Assembly (NCBI RefSeq): GCF_006345805.1
Contig: NC_042997.1
Location: 81,778,001 to 81,842,000 of the forward strand
Length of the DNA: 64,000 nt
Reading direction: 5' to 3'
From: Octopus sinensis
Lineage: Eukaryota
The notes below the pieces were generated by a model. That model was not told the origin of the DNA, made no database searches, and was given only the letters and a program-made list of their open reading frames with translations. Made by a program: the position numbers and the translations under genes. This document shows positions 49,020 to 62,169 of the stretch, piece by piece. Position 1 is the stretch's first letter; each line of letters begins with the position of its first letter.

Positions 49020-52000
49020 TGGTTCAAGGGCCTTCATCATCATCATTTGATGTCTGTTTTCCATGCTGGCATGGGTTAGACAGTTTGGCCAGAACTGGTA
49101 AACTGGAGAGCTACACTAGGCTCCAGTTGTCTGTTTTGGCTTGGTTTCTCTGGCTGGATACCCTTCCCAATGCCAGCCACTGCACATATTTTACAGGTCA
49201 CTGGCATGAGTGCACTTTTATATGTCACTGGCATGGGTGCCTTTTAGATGTCACTGATACTAACCACAACCATGATTTCCTTTAGCTTAACATGTCTTCT
49301 CAAGTGCAGCAAATCACCAGAAGTCTTGGTCACTTGTCATTGCTTCCATGAGACTCAACAACCAAAGATCATATTTCACTACCTTGTCCCACATCTTCCT
49401 GGGTCTACCTCTTCCACACATTCCCTCCACAATTAGAGATTGACACTTCTTTACATAGCTGTCTTTGTCTTTATGCATCACATGACCATACCAGTGCAGT
49501 CTTCTCCCTTGCACACCACATCTGATGCCTTTCATACCCAATATTTCTCTTAACCCTTTCGTTACTTTATTTCTGACCAATATACACCCCTCATGAGTTT
49601 CAATTAAATTCTAAAATAATCATGAATCTAGGCTTGTTTCATTAAATAACTGTAACATTTTTATTTATCAACATATTAATGTGATATTTGGAACATAATT
49701 AAAGAAAGAGTTCTTAATCAATTCTATTGCATAACTTTTGTCTCAAAGTGACTTTAATTACAGGTAAATTGAGCAAAAGGTAAAAATATTAAAATTTTGT
49801 TTAGACATCACCATAGAAAATGAATCATCAGCTAATATTCAAATGGGTATGCAACAAAATTTTGATAAAGAAGAATTGTGCACATCACTATATCATCAGT
49901 TGAATTTAATGCACAATGGGTGTACCATAAAGGTGGAATAAAGGGAAATACTGGAATCCACCGGAAGTTTGACTGAACTAAAGAAATCGGTAAAAAAATA
50001 ATATACGGCCCTGGTTATGGTATGGAAGTGATAAATTCCAGACCACATCGTTCCCTAGGCCATGCTGACTAACATTATTTTCCCTGTATAAAAAGTAAAT
50101 CCACGCAGTACCCAGTATTTGCTTCACAAATTTTCCGAAATTTGAACCCCCATTTTGTGTTTGTTTACATTTTGCGTAAGTTTGTTTCCGCATTGATCGC
50201 TTCAAACAATAACTTCCAGACCACATCATACCCTAAGCCATGCTGGCTAACATTAGTTTCCCTGTATAAAAACTAAATCCACAACAGTACCCAGTATTTG
50301 CTTCACAAATTTTCCAATTCGGAATCAATGCTTGATAATATGAGACTCCAATCCATTTTCAAAGTTGAAGAAAAATCGATGCCGAAAAAAATGTGGAAAA
50401 AAATCTCTCAAAATTCAGGGAATTAAAATTACACGTCGATTGTTGTACAAAACTGTAGATTAACTGTTTACGAAGTATAATCACATGTTTTCACAAATGT
50501 ACTAAAGAGATTTGCTCTGATATTCTCATTTAAACATGAATAGGTAAATTCGGGCGGGTTTGGGTGGTTTGGTCACATTAACCAAAATTTTTTTCAGCCG
50601 GCTTTGGGCGGTTTGGTAACGAAAGGGTTAAGACACTTACACTCTGTCATATATGTACACTAACATTATGCATCCAGTGTTGGATGCTAACTTTATTTCT
50701 TTCAAGCCTTTTATTTCTTTCATCTGCAGTCATAGTCCATGTTTTGTTGCCATGTAGCATGGCTGTTTGCATACAACCATCATACAATTTGTCTTTCATT
50801 CAAAGGTAGAAGATCTCTGAATTTTGCCCACCCATTCTTATTCTAGCAGCTACTCTCTCAGGGAATTCTCCTCCATTGCTGACTTGGCCACCTAGGTAAC
50901 AGCTATCTACTACTTCTAAGTATACTCCAACAGACATTTGACTAAGTATTTTCTGTACATTCTTAGTGTTTATTGTGCCTGCAGATCTGTCATATGCAAA
51001 GATTACTTTCCCTGATACCTTCCTTTGATACTGCTGCACCTCTTATGTGTCCTTAGGTTGCTTTTAGTACACCTTTTGGAGTTTCTACCTACATCTTTTC
51101 TGCCTATGAAGTAGAGCTATCTCCCTGAAGGGATCAGTGATTTGTCTGTTTCCCTACTTACTAGGACTTTGGTCTTTGCTAAATTAACTCTAAGGATCTT
51201 TGATTGCAGACCTTGCTTCCACACCTGAAATTTCTTCTCTAGTTATTCAGCTATAAGAACAAGGTCATCTGCATAGAGGAGCTCCTAAGGGTAGCCAGTC
51301 TTAAATTACTCTGTTATGGCCTGGAGGACTATGATGAACAGGAATGGAGGGTGAGAACTGATCCTTGGTGACCTCCTACCTGTACACTGAATTCATTGCT
51401 ATACTTGTTGCTGATTTTCACCTTGCTGACAGCATTCCTGTCTGTGGCTTGTACAGCTCTTCCCAACCACTCATCTATCTCTAGCTTCTGCATTGACCAC
51501 TAAATAAGGGAGTAGGAGACCCTATCAAGAGCTTTCTCCATGTCAACAAAAGCCAAGTACAGATGTTTATTTTTGGCTAGATACTTCTCCTGCAGCTGCT
51601 TCACTAGGAAAATAGCATCAGTAGTGCTTCTCCCTGACACAAACCCAAACTGCATCTCATCTAGACTAAATGTCTTCCTAATTAATTGAGCTATGACCCT
51701 CTCTGTATCTTTCATCACCCATTCCAGCAATTTGTTACATCTGTAATTATTTCTGTCTAAGGCATCACCTTTACCTTTGACTATAACGCTGCTACACCAA
51801 TCATTGGGTATGACTCCTTCATGGACAACCTGATTATCTATATGGGTGACTATACTATATCCCACTCCGCAAGATATTTTAAGCATCTCAGCAGCGATTC
51901 CTGATGGACTGGGGGCTTTCCCTGTCTTCATATCCTTAATTGTTTTATCTACCAAGCTACTGTCTATGCACATAACTGGTCCATCTGTTGGGCTCACATT

Positions 52001-53000
52001 AAGCAGGCTCCCCTTCTCTCATGTGTTTTCAACATTTAGTAGCACTTCCAGCCTCTCTCTTTGCAGAGTCACTGACACATCCATGCGAATGCACTTCTCT
52101 ACTACAATATCATGATTTTCTTTAACACGCTTGCAAACTGAAAAATCTCATGCTGCAAAACATTGGCAAACTTCTTTCTTTCTGCTTATTTTCTGGCTAA
52201 GTATGTGTCTCTTAGCCTCCCTTCTAGCTACCTGACATAGTTCTTTGCTACCACCACCCTTCCAGTTCTTAGAGGACTGTTTCTTTGCTCTAATGGCTCT
52301 GTCATCAACACTGTTCCACCACCATGTCATCTTAGGTCTAGTTGGAACTTGGCACCAGCCACAAATTTGGTCTATGATTCTCAGTAAGTTTTCTCTTAGG
52401 AACTTCCAAACTTCTCCTTCCCATTAAATGCTTCAATAAGGATGTCACTAAATCTCTGACTATTTAAAGGATCCTTAAGCTTTCAAATCCTTCTTTTCCA
52501 GATTGGTCTCCTTCCTGGAATCCTAGCATGTAGTCTGAAGTCACTAATGACTAACCTATATTGAGGGGTACATTCTTCACCTGGGAAACGGTTTTGCATT
52601 TATGAACAACCATGTATCTTGTTTTCTGGTGAGAATGTAGTCAATCTGGCTAGCATGGTCACCAGATTGATTAGTTACCAGGTGATTTGCAGGCTTCTTG
52701 AAGTTAGTGTTGTAGATCATTAGGTTATTTGCATCACAGAACTCCATTAAGCTTATCCCTCCTCATTATGGAAACCAACTTTGCGGCCATCATTTATCTT
52801 TGAGATAGTCTGCAAAAGAATATAAAAACAATCCTTTTGCTCATTTGGTAGACCTGGTTGAGGGGCATATGTTCAGAAAATTGTAGCTGTACTATTTTGC
52901 CAAACTATTCTAAACTTAAGTATCCTATTGCACACTCTGACTACCTCAATCACCTTATCCTCTCATTTCTCAGTTAGGAGTATGCCATTACCACCTAGTC
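49020..53000 (-). mobile_element. Older, long RTE LINE interrupted by a piggyBac MITE
   Basis: Minus-strand remnants of endonuclease, RT (QFGFVSGRSTTDAIF) and C-terminus, with the tail near 49040. Confidence 0.85.
49554..50627 (-). mobile_element. piggyBac-type MITE (CCCTTTCGTTAC TIR)
   Basis: TTAA on both sides. Removing it restores the RTE sequence (tctcttaagacacttacactctg). Confidence 0.92.
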
Positions 53001-54334
53001 CACCATTGCATTCAACTGTATTACAAATTACAAATATTTTAACTTGAGCAACAAAGTAAAGACCATTCCTATATAGTCTGCTATTGCAAAATTAAAGAAA
53101 AATGAGCTAACAAAGCTATGTCAATGTAAATTGGGACCTAAGAGAACTTGATCTGTGTTGTATGGTGTGTTCTGTTAAATTGCAGAAGTAATACTGCATA
53201 TAGTAGAAAAATGAATTGTCTAGAATTTTATATTGTTGTGAACTTAGTTGAGTCACAAGTATTCCTAAGGTACCTTTAAGTTTAAAAGTTTAACAGTACT
53301 TTTTAGATTGATTAGATAATGGAAATTTAAAATATATTACGCACAGTATAGCAATGATATCTAGAGGCACAATTTTAGCCTGTTGGAGGTGGCTTTTTAA
53401 TCATATTCAACAGACATCTCATATTTCTCAGATTGCCTTATGGGAGTTATTTAATAACATTTGTCATTAGATTCCTAGCTGTTTATCACACTTCACACCA
53501 TAGAACATTATCAATGAAAGAACATATAGATTTTAGCAAGATTAGCTCAAGAAATCTATGAGAAATCAAAGCTCCTATGAGGTAACTATATCCATTGTTT
53601 TCAGCCCTCATTGTCATCATGATCATCATAATTTAATGTCTGCCTTCCATGCTGGCTTGGGTTGGATGGTCTGACAAGAGCTGGCTCTACTTTAGATCTG
53701 CTTTGGTATCTACGAACAGACTGAATTAAAGACTTGCTACTTAGGCTAGGACTGTCATACTGACAAACTCTATGCAAAAGAATGTGCTGCATGATCCTAA
53801 AACCATCTTTCAGATGTGTAATATGCAGGACTTGATAGGTGTTGCCTAATGTTTGGCTACTCCTTTGTATACTACATACTTTTTATTGTAGCACATCCTT
53901 CAGTTTAAAAAAGAGAAATGTAGATTTCTGCATTGTTCACAATTTTGCTTCCTCCTCTTCATACTTCTTTTGGAAAAACACTATATAATATGAAGACAAT
54001 TTATTTTTATATGTGCACATGAGAGATGAATTTAGTGAATGTGGTATCTTTCAGAGTGCTTACTTTTGTGGACAGAACTGTTAGAAGATTGAGAGGATAT
54101 TTAACTTGTGTATTTTTGTGGCACCAACACTTTCTAGTGTTGGCATCATAATAAATACATTTATCTCTACTGGTAGAAAAAAGGCATGGCATTCAATGAA
54201 AATAAATAAAAAAAATACCAGCCAAATTAAATATGCTAGATTAGAAAGAAAATTATTGTCATAATAATGTTACCAATTGTCTTAATAATGTTACCAATAT
54301 TTAATTTCTGACTTTAAAATTCTTTTTCTTCTAG

Positions 54335-54406
54335 CATCTGATCAACATTCCTCTAGTTTGGATCTTCTTGTGAACAACTATAATTCTGACAATCCAGAAC
54401 AGGATG
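54335..54406 (+). CDS. NUFIP1: NUFIP1 exon 8 (72 nt, symmetric phase 1)
   Basis: ttctag|(A)SDQHSSSLDLLVNNYNSDNPEQD|gtaagt; resembles the L..L...Y.S acidic motif of NUFIP1 proteins. Confidence 0.82.
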
Positions 54407-54563
54407 GTAAGTAGAAGTGGTATTTTGAACAGTTGGATATTAGAATCTCTTTTTTACTTGTTCAAGAAACCTCATAAAAAGGTTTTCATTCACACAAGAA
54501 AAAAAATTATCTATATTCACAAAAATAAATATTAATAATGTTTTAGATGCCACAAAAACTTAA

Positions 54564-54782
54564 CCCTTTAGATACCAACCCATTTGAAACTGCCCTTGGT
54601 TCTATGATACAAACTTTCCTTTTAAAGTAATCTAAATTAAAACCTTTCATCAAAATTTCATGCTGATTTATGTTCCAAACCCCAGCTTAATACTGTCAAA
54701 GTTATTTAAATCAATTTTTAAAATTATTTTCAAAATTGAAACAAAGGCAATGTATTTCAACAGAAATATGGTAACAAAAGGA
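54564..54782. mobile_element. 219-bp TTAA MITE
   Basis: TTAA|ccctttagatacc ... ggtaacaaaagga|TTAA (degenerate TIR). Confidence 0.7.
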
Positions 54783-56533
54783 TTAAGAAATTTTGTCTTA
54801 ACCAAGATCTTATTTAAATCTAAATTTCCCTACATTTACTTATTAAGAAGTAATTTTTCATGATGATAGGATTTCCCTACTTTAGAAAATATACTGTGTA
54901 TTTATAATACAATTACAATTATAAAATGTAAAATTAAGCAGAAAAAGTATTGAGAAATGCGTTTGTATATAATTAACCTCTGAAGTCATTTAGGTTATGG
55001 GTAGAATGGTTAATGGTATCTGTTTCAATGTTTTGTGCTTCACATTCAAATCCTGCTGAGGTTGTCTTTGCTTTTCATCCTTTTAGAGTTGATGAAAAAA
55101 TAGTACCAGTCTAAGGCGATGATTTGGTGGAATTATTAGAGATTTGGATGAGTTCCAGCTTTGTGCAGTATGAATTCAAATCCTGCTCTGTCACTGAAAA
55201 GAGTTGCAACCAACAGATAGCATCAGCAATTTCAAAAATCAGTGGAAATATAATTCTTTAATTCAGTTGGAAAATCCACTCCCATCATCACCATTACTAT
55301 TTCCCTTGAAACCCCTCAAAGCATGCTAGGATTCTGGGAATATCCCATTTGGGAAATGCTGATAGAACCTCCCTGATTATCTAAGATATTGCTCCTAGGT
55401 GAACAACTGGCTGCATCTGGGACATAGATTTATTGTATTGTGAACTAAGTTGAAATCACAAGTCCGACAACGGGTTTTTAAATTTAATAAGTAACTGTTT
55501 GTGAGATAGATTAGCTAATATCAAGATTTTATCAAGAAGAATGACCTAAGCTACTCAGTAACATGTTTTATATGTTTAGGTTGCTACCTTATAAAAATGG
55601 TGTTCAACTCCATACTTCTACATTCTGAGTTCAGGTCCTTCGGAGGTTGATTTTGTCATTCTTTTCTTCTGCAGTCAATCAATAAAATATACACTAATAT
55701 GGTGAAATTTGTTTTAGTGTTACCTATCACTACACAAATGTTTTTTCTCATCCCTGATCAAATATTTTTTTTTGTATATTGATTTCAAAACTAAGGTTAA
55801 AAAAGAAATTAGATGAGTTCTTATCAGATAAGTTCTTAATGAGATTATAATTTTTGAGACTTTAAGGATAAAGATGTTTGAATATTTACATCAGTCAGAT
55901 CTCTTTGCTCTCTGATCATAACCAGGTATCTTATTCCTAAAATTGGTAATGCTCTTATCTAGGGGTTGGCAAACCTGTTTTAGAGGTGGACCAGATTAGT
56001 AATGTTTTTTTGTATATCTAGTGAGCCAAAGTGATTACAAAATAAAACTCTGATCATACAAGGTTATAGAAACAGCATATTTTTTTTAATGTTTCCTGTT
56101 GTGATGAAGGAATTGCTACACATTTGATGACATACAAGTCAATGTGTGTCATTTATAGCACACATGCAATAATGAGATTTTGTGTTTGAATAGGGTCAAT
56201 TGTGGCTTCATGGTAAATGTACCAGCTAGTTTACCTTGTTTCTTCAACAAACATCTTTTCATTTCTTCCATTCTTAGAATTAATGATTCATATGCACTAT
56301 ATTGCAACAGTATATGAGATACTATCAGTCTCTATTGCTCTGTTCATTTAAGGTGATGAAGAGATTTAGTTGAGTTATATTCAGTGAGTTGATTTTTTTT
56401 TTTTATTTCATGAGTTTATTTATTGCTTCTTATGTATACACCACAATCAAAGATCAAACCAACCAATAAGTAGTGTATGTGTTAAAATTTTCTTTATATT
56501 TAAATTTGAGGTAGTCTCAAAAAATTATCGTAA

Positions 56534-57745
56534 CCCTTTCGTTACTAACCCGGCCATACCCGGCCAAAAAATTTTTTGGTTCATAATGCCAACCCGGCCG
56601 AGAGAACCTATTTAAATGTAAATTTGAACCCAAATCTTGTTGGTACATTCGTTAAAACATGTGATTTCACTTTGTAAATAGTTGGGTTATAGTATCCGAC
56701 ATTGCTTGACCTGATATCTGAACTCAGTGAATTTTGGGAGATTTTTTTCCACATTTTTTTCGGCATCGATTTTTCTTCACCTTTGAAAATGGATAGGAGT
56801 TTCCTGTTATCAAGCACTGATTCCGAATTTAAAGCTTTCTCAACGGAAAATAGGGAGATATTGAGAAAAAGAATGAATGACGTACAAAATCACATGGTGT
56901 ACGAGAATGAATAGGATATTTCGGTATCTGAAACTGAAAGCGGCGATAGCAACAGCAAAGACGATTTTACATCGGAATGAAGTAAAAATGTTTTTATTTG
57001 TAATTTTTCTGAGGAGATGGGGTCTATCCATAGTCTTTCTTAGGAAGCGAAACCGTTAGACTTTTATTTTTTTCAGTATGCTTGTTTGAAGTGATCACTG
57101 CAGAAAAAAACCGTTACGCAGAATGTAAACAAACAAAATGGGGGATCAAAGTTTGGAAAATTTGTGAAGCAAATACTGGGTACTGCGGTGGATTTAGTTT
57201 TTATACAGGGAAAATAATGGCCTAGGGAACGATGAGGTCTGGAATTTATCACTTCCATACCATAACCAGGGCTGTATATTATTTTTTGACCGATTTCTTT
57301 AGTTCGATCAAACTTGCTGTGTATTTAGGTGGATTCCAATATTTCAGTTCATTCCACCTTTATGGTACACCTGTTCTGTTGTGCATTAAATTCAACTGAT
57401 GATCTAGTGATGTGCACATTTCTTCTTTATCAAAATTTTGTTGCATGCCCAATTGAATATTAGCTGATGGTTCATTTTCTATGGTGATGTTTAAACGAAA
57501 TTGTAGTATTTTTATCTTTTGTTCAATTTACCTGGATTTACCTGTGATTAAAGTCATTTTGAGACAAAAGTTATGCAATAGAATTGATTAAGAACCCTTT
57601 CTTTAATTATGTTCCAAATATCACATTAATATGTTGATAAGTAAAAAAGTTATTTAATGAAACAAGCCTAAATTCATGATTATTTTAGAATTTAATTGAA
57701 ACTCATGAGGGGCGTATTTTGGTCAGAAATATAGTAATGAAAGGG
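56534..57745 (+). mobile_element. piggyBac-type MITE, same family as 49554 in opposite orientation
   Basis: ccctttcgttac ... gtaatgaaaggg|TTAA (left TSD reads GTAA). Interior homologous to the reverse complement of 49554-50627. Confidence 0.9.
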
Positions 57746-57877
57746 TTAAGAAAATAGAATTTTCATAATTTGGGGATCATTTTTAAATTGAGATTTTATC
57801 TATTAATTCTGTATCAAATTTCTCCTGTTTGCTTATACAGTTTTTATCTATTTATTTGTACATTAATTTATTTTTAG

Positions 57878-57996
57878 CAGAAAATAATATGCCTCTAAAG
57901 AAGAAACATGCTAAACTTTTAAAATTACCAGAATTTCCAAGGCCACCATGGGAAAGTAAAGTATTCCTTCGAATTCGGCCAACTCTGCTAGAAAAG
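57878..57996 (+). CDS. NUFIP1: NUFIP1 exon 9
   Basis: ttttag|(A)ENNMPLKKKHAKLLKLPEFPRPPWESKVFLRIRPTLLEK|gtaaac; tandem TAGCAG acceptor. Confidence 0.88.
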
Positions 57997-58329
57997 GTAA
58001 ACTAAGCTATTTTGCTGTTAAGTTGTAATATATATACAGTCAATATGTAAAAGATGGATTTAATGAACCATTTTTGTATAAAGTGTTTGCTATGCTGAGT
58101 TTTTTCTTTGGTTTTTCTTATTTTTATTTCTACGCTTATGTGGGTCAGTTGTTTGTTTTACCTAAAAGGGATAAGATGGGTAACTTAACTTCATATTTCT
58201 CATTTGCTTTACATTGTGATGTATCTATTTTGGTTATAGTTCAACTTCAGCTTATACTCTGGTTGATTCTGTGGGAGCAGACAGCAACCTCTTGTCAAAG
58301 GTTTCACAGGATCTCTTTCTGCAAATTAT

Positions 58330-59630
58330 AAGCTTTCGTACTTGGATGTTAACCTATTGGAACACGCTCAACATTCAAGCAATAATCTAAAAATCCTAGC
58401 TGCCTCCAATAAAGCAGTTTTGGGGCCTGCTCTGCCTTTATGTCAATTCCAATTTCTCCAACATATTTCTTGACTGGTTGTTAGTGCTCCAAGTGCCCCT
58501 AGAGCTACCGGGATGACAGTTACTTCCTTCATTGCCCACATTCTTGCAATTTCGTCTCTTAGTAGTCTATATTTCTCCATCTTTTCTTTGTCATCTACAC
58601 ATGCATCCCCAGGTATGGCAATATCTATGATCTTGGTTTCCTTTTTTTTCTTTAATCTATCACAACAATGTCTGGTCTCTGAGCATCAATTAGAGAGTCA
58701 CATTGGATTGTAAAATCTCACAGGATTTTATATTCATTGTTCTCAGCAATGCCTTCTGGTTCATGTTTATACCCTTTCCATACTCTGCCCAGATTGTACT
58801 TTTCACAGTCTACTGTGAACAAACTTAACCATGTTATCATGCTTCCTTTTGTAGTGCTTTTGGGCCAGCTTGCTACACTCACAATATGTGAGATTGTTTC
58901 TGTTTTGCTGCCACATATCCTATAGAGGGGCAATTCACTGCTCTTAGCTATTTGGAACTTGGTGTAATTAATTCTTAGGGCTTGTTCCAGGGTGCTGCAT
59001 ATCAGTGCCTTAGTGCATCCTTTCAGGTAACTTTTTCTTAGCCATCTCCAGCTGTTGATCTTGCCTTCAAATTCTCTGAAGTATTGCCCATGCATTGTTT
59101 TCATTTTCCAATTTATTTTTTGTTCATCTTATTTCTTAAATGCTTTTGGGTGCATCATATTTTCAGTATAGGCATCATGTTATGATTTCTAAAAGCTGCA
59201 AGCAAGGACTCACTTTACTGTTTGGTGTACCATTCTAGACTGTTCTTCTCATTGGCAACACAGTATTGCACCCTATGAGGTCTTTTCCTCCCTTAAAACT
59301 AGGCACTTTCAGTCTATCACTATCACTTTTTGAGTGCAGTACCTTGTTAATTGTCATCACTTTCCTGATTTTTCTATCCATTTTCTCAAGTTTGTTCTTT
59401 GTCCATTTAACGACATCTGTGCCATATTGCATTAAGGAAATAGCGCAAGTGTTCTTGCCCTGATGTTCTTTCCATTGATTCTATTTCCCATAATTAAGTT
59501 GGTTCTTCTGAGATATTCTTGTCTAAAGCTTTCCTTCATTTCATTTTCCTTGATTTTTATCATATTCCAAATTAACCAGATACTTTTATCCATGAGTCTC
59601 AACATCCTTGATTTTCTTACTGTTGGGTAT
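58330..59630 (-). mobile_element. Dong/R4-type LINE fragment
   Basis: MHGQYFRE..W.WL...L...ICS..EQALR.NY, RICG...ETISHIVS, KIYWDF-like region; (TAA)n at the 5' end. Confidence 0.8.
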
Positions 59631-59639
59631 TATTATTAT

Positions 59640-60200
59640 TATTATTGATTGAGAGAGCAGTACATGCCATCAAAGTGACACTGGGGTAAAATATATGAAG
59701 CCCAGTATACCGATCATGACTACCTGTCTGATAAGGGTACACCAGGCACATGCATCACAACCATATGTACACAACATGGTGATCTCATATCAAGATAAAC
59801 AGCACATGGCCTTGCAAATGGGGCCCAGTTATAATTTTCTTCAGGTCGAATAGCCCATCCCACTCAAAAGGTCATTGAATAAGGATTGTTTAAGGATGTT
59901 GAATGAAACACCCATGTTTCCAGAGGGGAATTATTCAAACCCCAAAGAATTCATCTCAACATATGGTTATGATGCTCCCCCACTACTTCTCATGATCAGA
60001 GATACACATATTGTCAGCCACTAAGGGACATGCTCAACTAGTTATGGCCAGGCAACTGGTATTGAGCAGAATATTTGCTGTAGCTCATCTTTTTATAACA
60101 AGACAAAACATATACATGATGGCACTTCCAATCAGTTAAAATCAGAAGCCATGAGAGACAATTCCTGGTATTGCATCAGGGCATAGCCAGTGCTTGGTAT
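59640..60200 (-). mobile_element. Repeat X, longer copy
   Basis: Reverse complement of 20497-20790, extending further 5'. Confidence 0.7.
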
Positions 60201-60399
60201 TGCATCTGGGCATTTATTATTATCATTAAAACAGTGAGCTGGCAGAATCGATAGCATGCCAGGCAAAATGCTTAGCAGTATTTTGTTTGCTGCTACATTG
60301 TGAATTCAAGTTTTGCTGAGGGTAACTTTGCCCTTCATCCTTTTGGGGTTGATAAATTAAGTACCAGTCTCTTCCTCCCATTTCAGGCCTTGGGCCTAT

Positions 60400-61560
60400 A
60401 GTTGAAAGGATTATTATTATCATTAATGTACCAGGTGTTTATTTCCTGTGGACTAAGGTAGTACTTTCTTTCCAAGTCTAGAGAACTTTCTGGAGATTCC
60501 TTGCAATGCCAAGTAATGCTGTTTTCTGGATATGCTCTATTTTCATTTTCATACCTATCATTTCCAACAATTTTTCTTTCTTTCTTCACTGTATTAAGGG
60601 CACCAACAATTATTGGAACAATATGCAGCTTTTTGATTTCTCTCCTCAGAGCTTCATATTTGTATTAGTTTTTCTCTTTCTTTTCCATGATTCTACTGTC
60701 ACCAAGGCAAGCAATATTTGTAATCAAGCATGACTTTTCTTCCTTGTCTACCAGTACAATATTGGCTTCCAATGTTTGATTCTGTGATTCCATTGGATCA
60801 TGAAGTCTGAAAGGATCTTAACTCTGTGACTTTGGCTAATGCCCATACCATTCTCTCACTCTTTCAGACTTGTTACATAGTTCCCAGTGGACCATTCTGG
60901 AGACATTGTCATGCTTTCCTTTGTATTCTCTCTGTGGCAATTTGCTGCATTTGTCAGGTTCTGCTGATTGGTCAATTTTTTTGCTTGATGTTGTCTGTTC
61001 TTAGTGCTTGTTCTTGTGTTGCACATATCAAGGCCTTTGTTTCAGGTTTTCTTTTTTTTTTTTAGATGTAACCACAACCATCTTTTATCTGGGTCTGTGT
61101 CCTTTGGAATCTCTTACAAGCACTAACTGTGCATTTTCTTATACTTACAGTTCTTTTTCCCTCTCCATATATGTCTTTATTTTGTAATTCACTGTCCTGA
61201 CTACTTTCTATATGTAATAGATGACTTTCCTCACTTGTAGAAGTAATATTTCCTTTGTGTTCTTTGTATACCAAGCAATGTTGTTTTCCTCTCTCTGGAT
61301 ATAATTCTCACAACTTATCAATCCCTGGTCTGCTCTCTTGTATGGTGTAGCCTGTCAACATCACGTTTTGGATGGAACTCACCATGTATTGTCAGTAGTT
61401 TCCTTGTTTTCTCATCCAAAGATTGTAGTTTCATTGTTTGTCATTGTAGCACTCTTGTCTTTGGTGGGATAAAATCTTTTTCTGTAGATGCTTGATTACT
61501 GTGCTAGATTTTGTTGATTTACAAGAAGAGTTGCTACTAGTTACTTTTGAAGTCTTCCTT
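60400..61560 (-). mobile_element. Dong/R4-type LINE fragment with internal deletions
   Basis: RLE-region remnants (LWDFHI.TD..I...RPD...VIGA) near 60450-60850 and N-terminal remnants near 61300-61550. Confidence 0.7.
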
Positions 61561-61902
61561 GAACATAGAGACATCAGTTTACCTGAAAAGAAACAATTCT
61601 GTTATTAAGAAGAGTTGAAATTAATGCATGCAATGTTTCACATCCTCTAGGATCACTCCTTCACAGTCAGCCTGTGAATTTTGAGCTTTTGAGCCCACTG
61701 TTGTAGCTATCAATAGTTGATCTTTGGTTCCTATACATCTGTGTTTGCTTCCATTTTGCTCTTCCAGTAGGATGTTATTCTGGTCCATTAACTTATTTCA
61801 TCTGCCAGTATTATTATCATTATTATTAGTACATTTATTTTATCATATCTGTGAAAATGCAATGATAATAAAGTGAATTGAATTTATATTTCTTTTTTTC
61901 AG

Positions 61903-61998
61903 TTATTGGCTAAAGAGATACGCCATGAGAGAAACATCATTCTGCAATGCACCCACTATATTGTGGAAAACAATTTCTTTCAAAATAAACCTTTATAA
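61903..61998 (+). CDS. NUFIP1: NUFIP1 exon 10 (last coding exon)
   Basis: tttcag|LLAKEIRHERNIILQCTHYIVENNFFQNKPL*; matches the NUFIP1 C-terminal motif LL..DIRHERNVILQCVRYI...FF. Confidence 0.95.
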   Translation, partial: LLAKEIRHERNIILQCTHYIVENNFFQNKPL

Positions 61999-62169
61999 TA
62001 AAAATAAAACCAAGTATAATTTTCTAAGTCACTATAGATACAGTGGCTGTGATAATTTATACAAAAGATTCTCTTTAAAAATGTGTTTTTCTATTTATTT
62101 TTTGCTGCTATTTACATAGTTGAAAGAAACTATTTCATTACAGTCACCTTCAAGATTATGTAACACAAT

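Noticed and set aside
28954-61902. Intronic box C/D snoRNAs, expected in a snoRNP-assembly gene
   Set aside because: RTGATGA hits (e.g. about 35844, 45928, 54860, 56100, 56356) lack a well-placed CTGA with a terminal stem by eye. A snoscan or Infernal run would be needed to exclude them.
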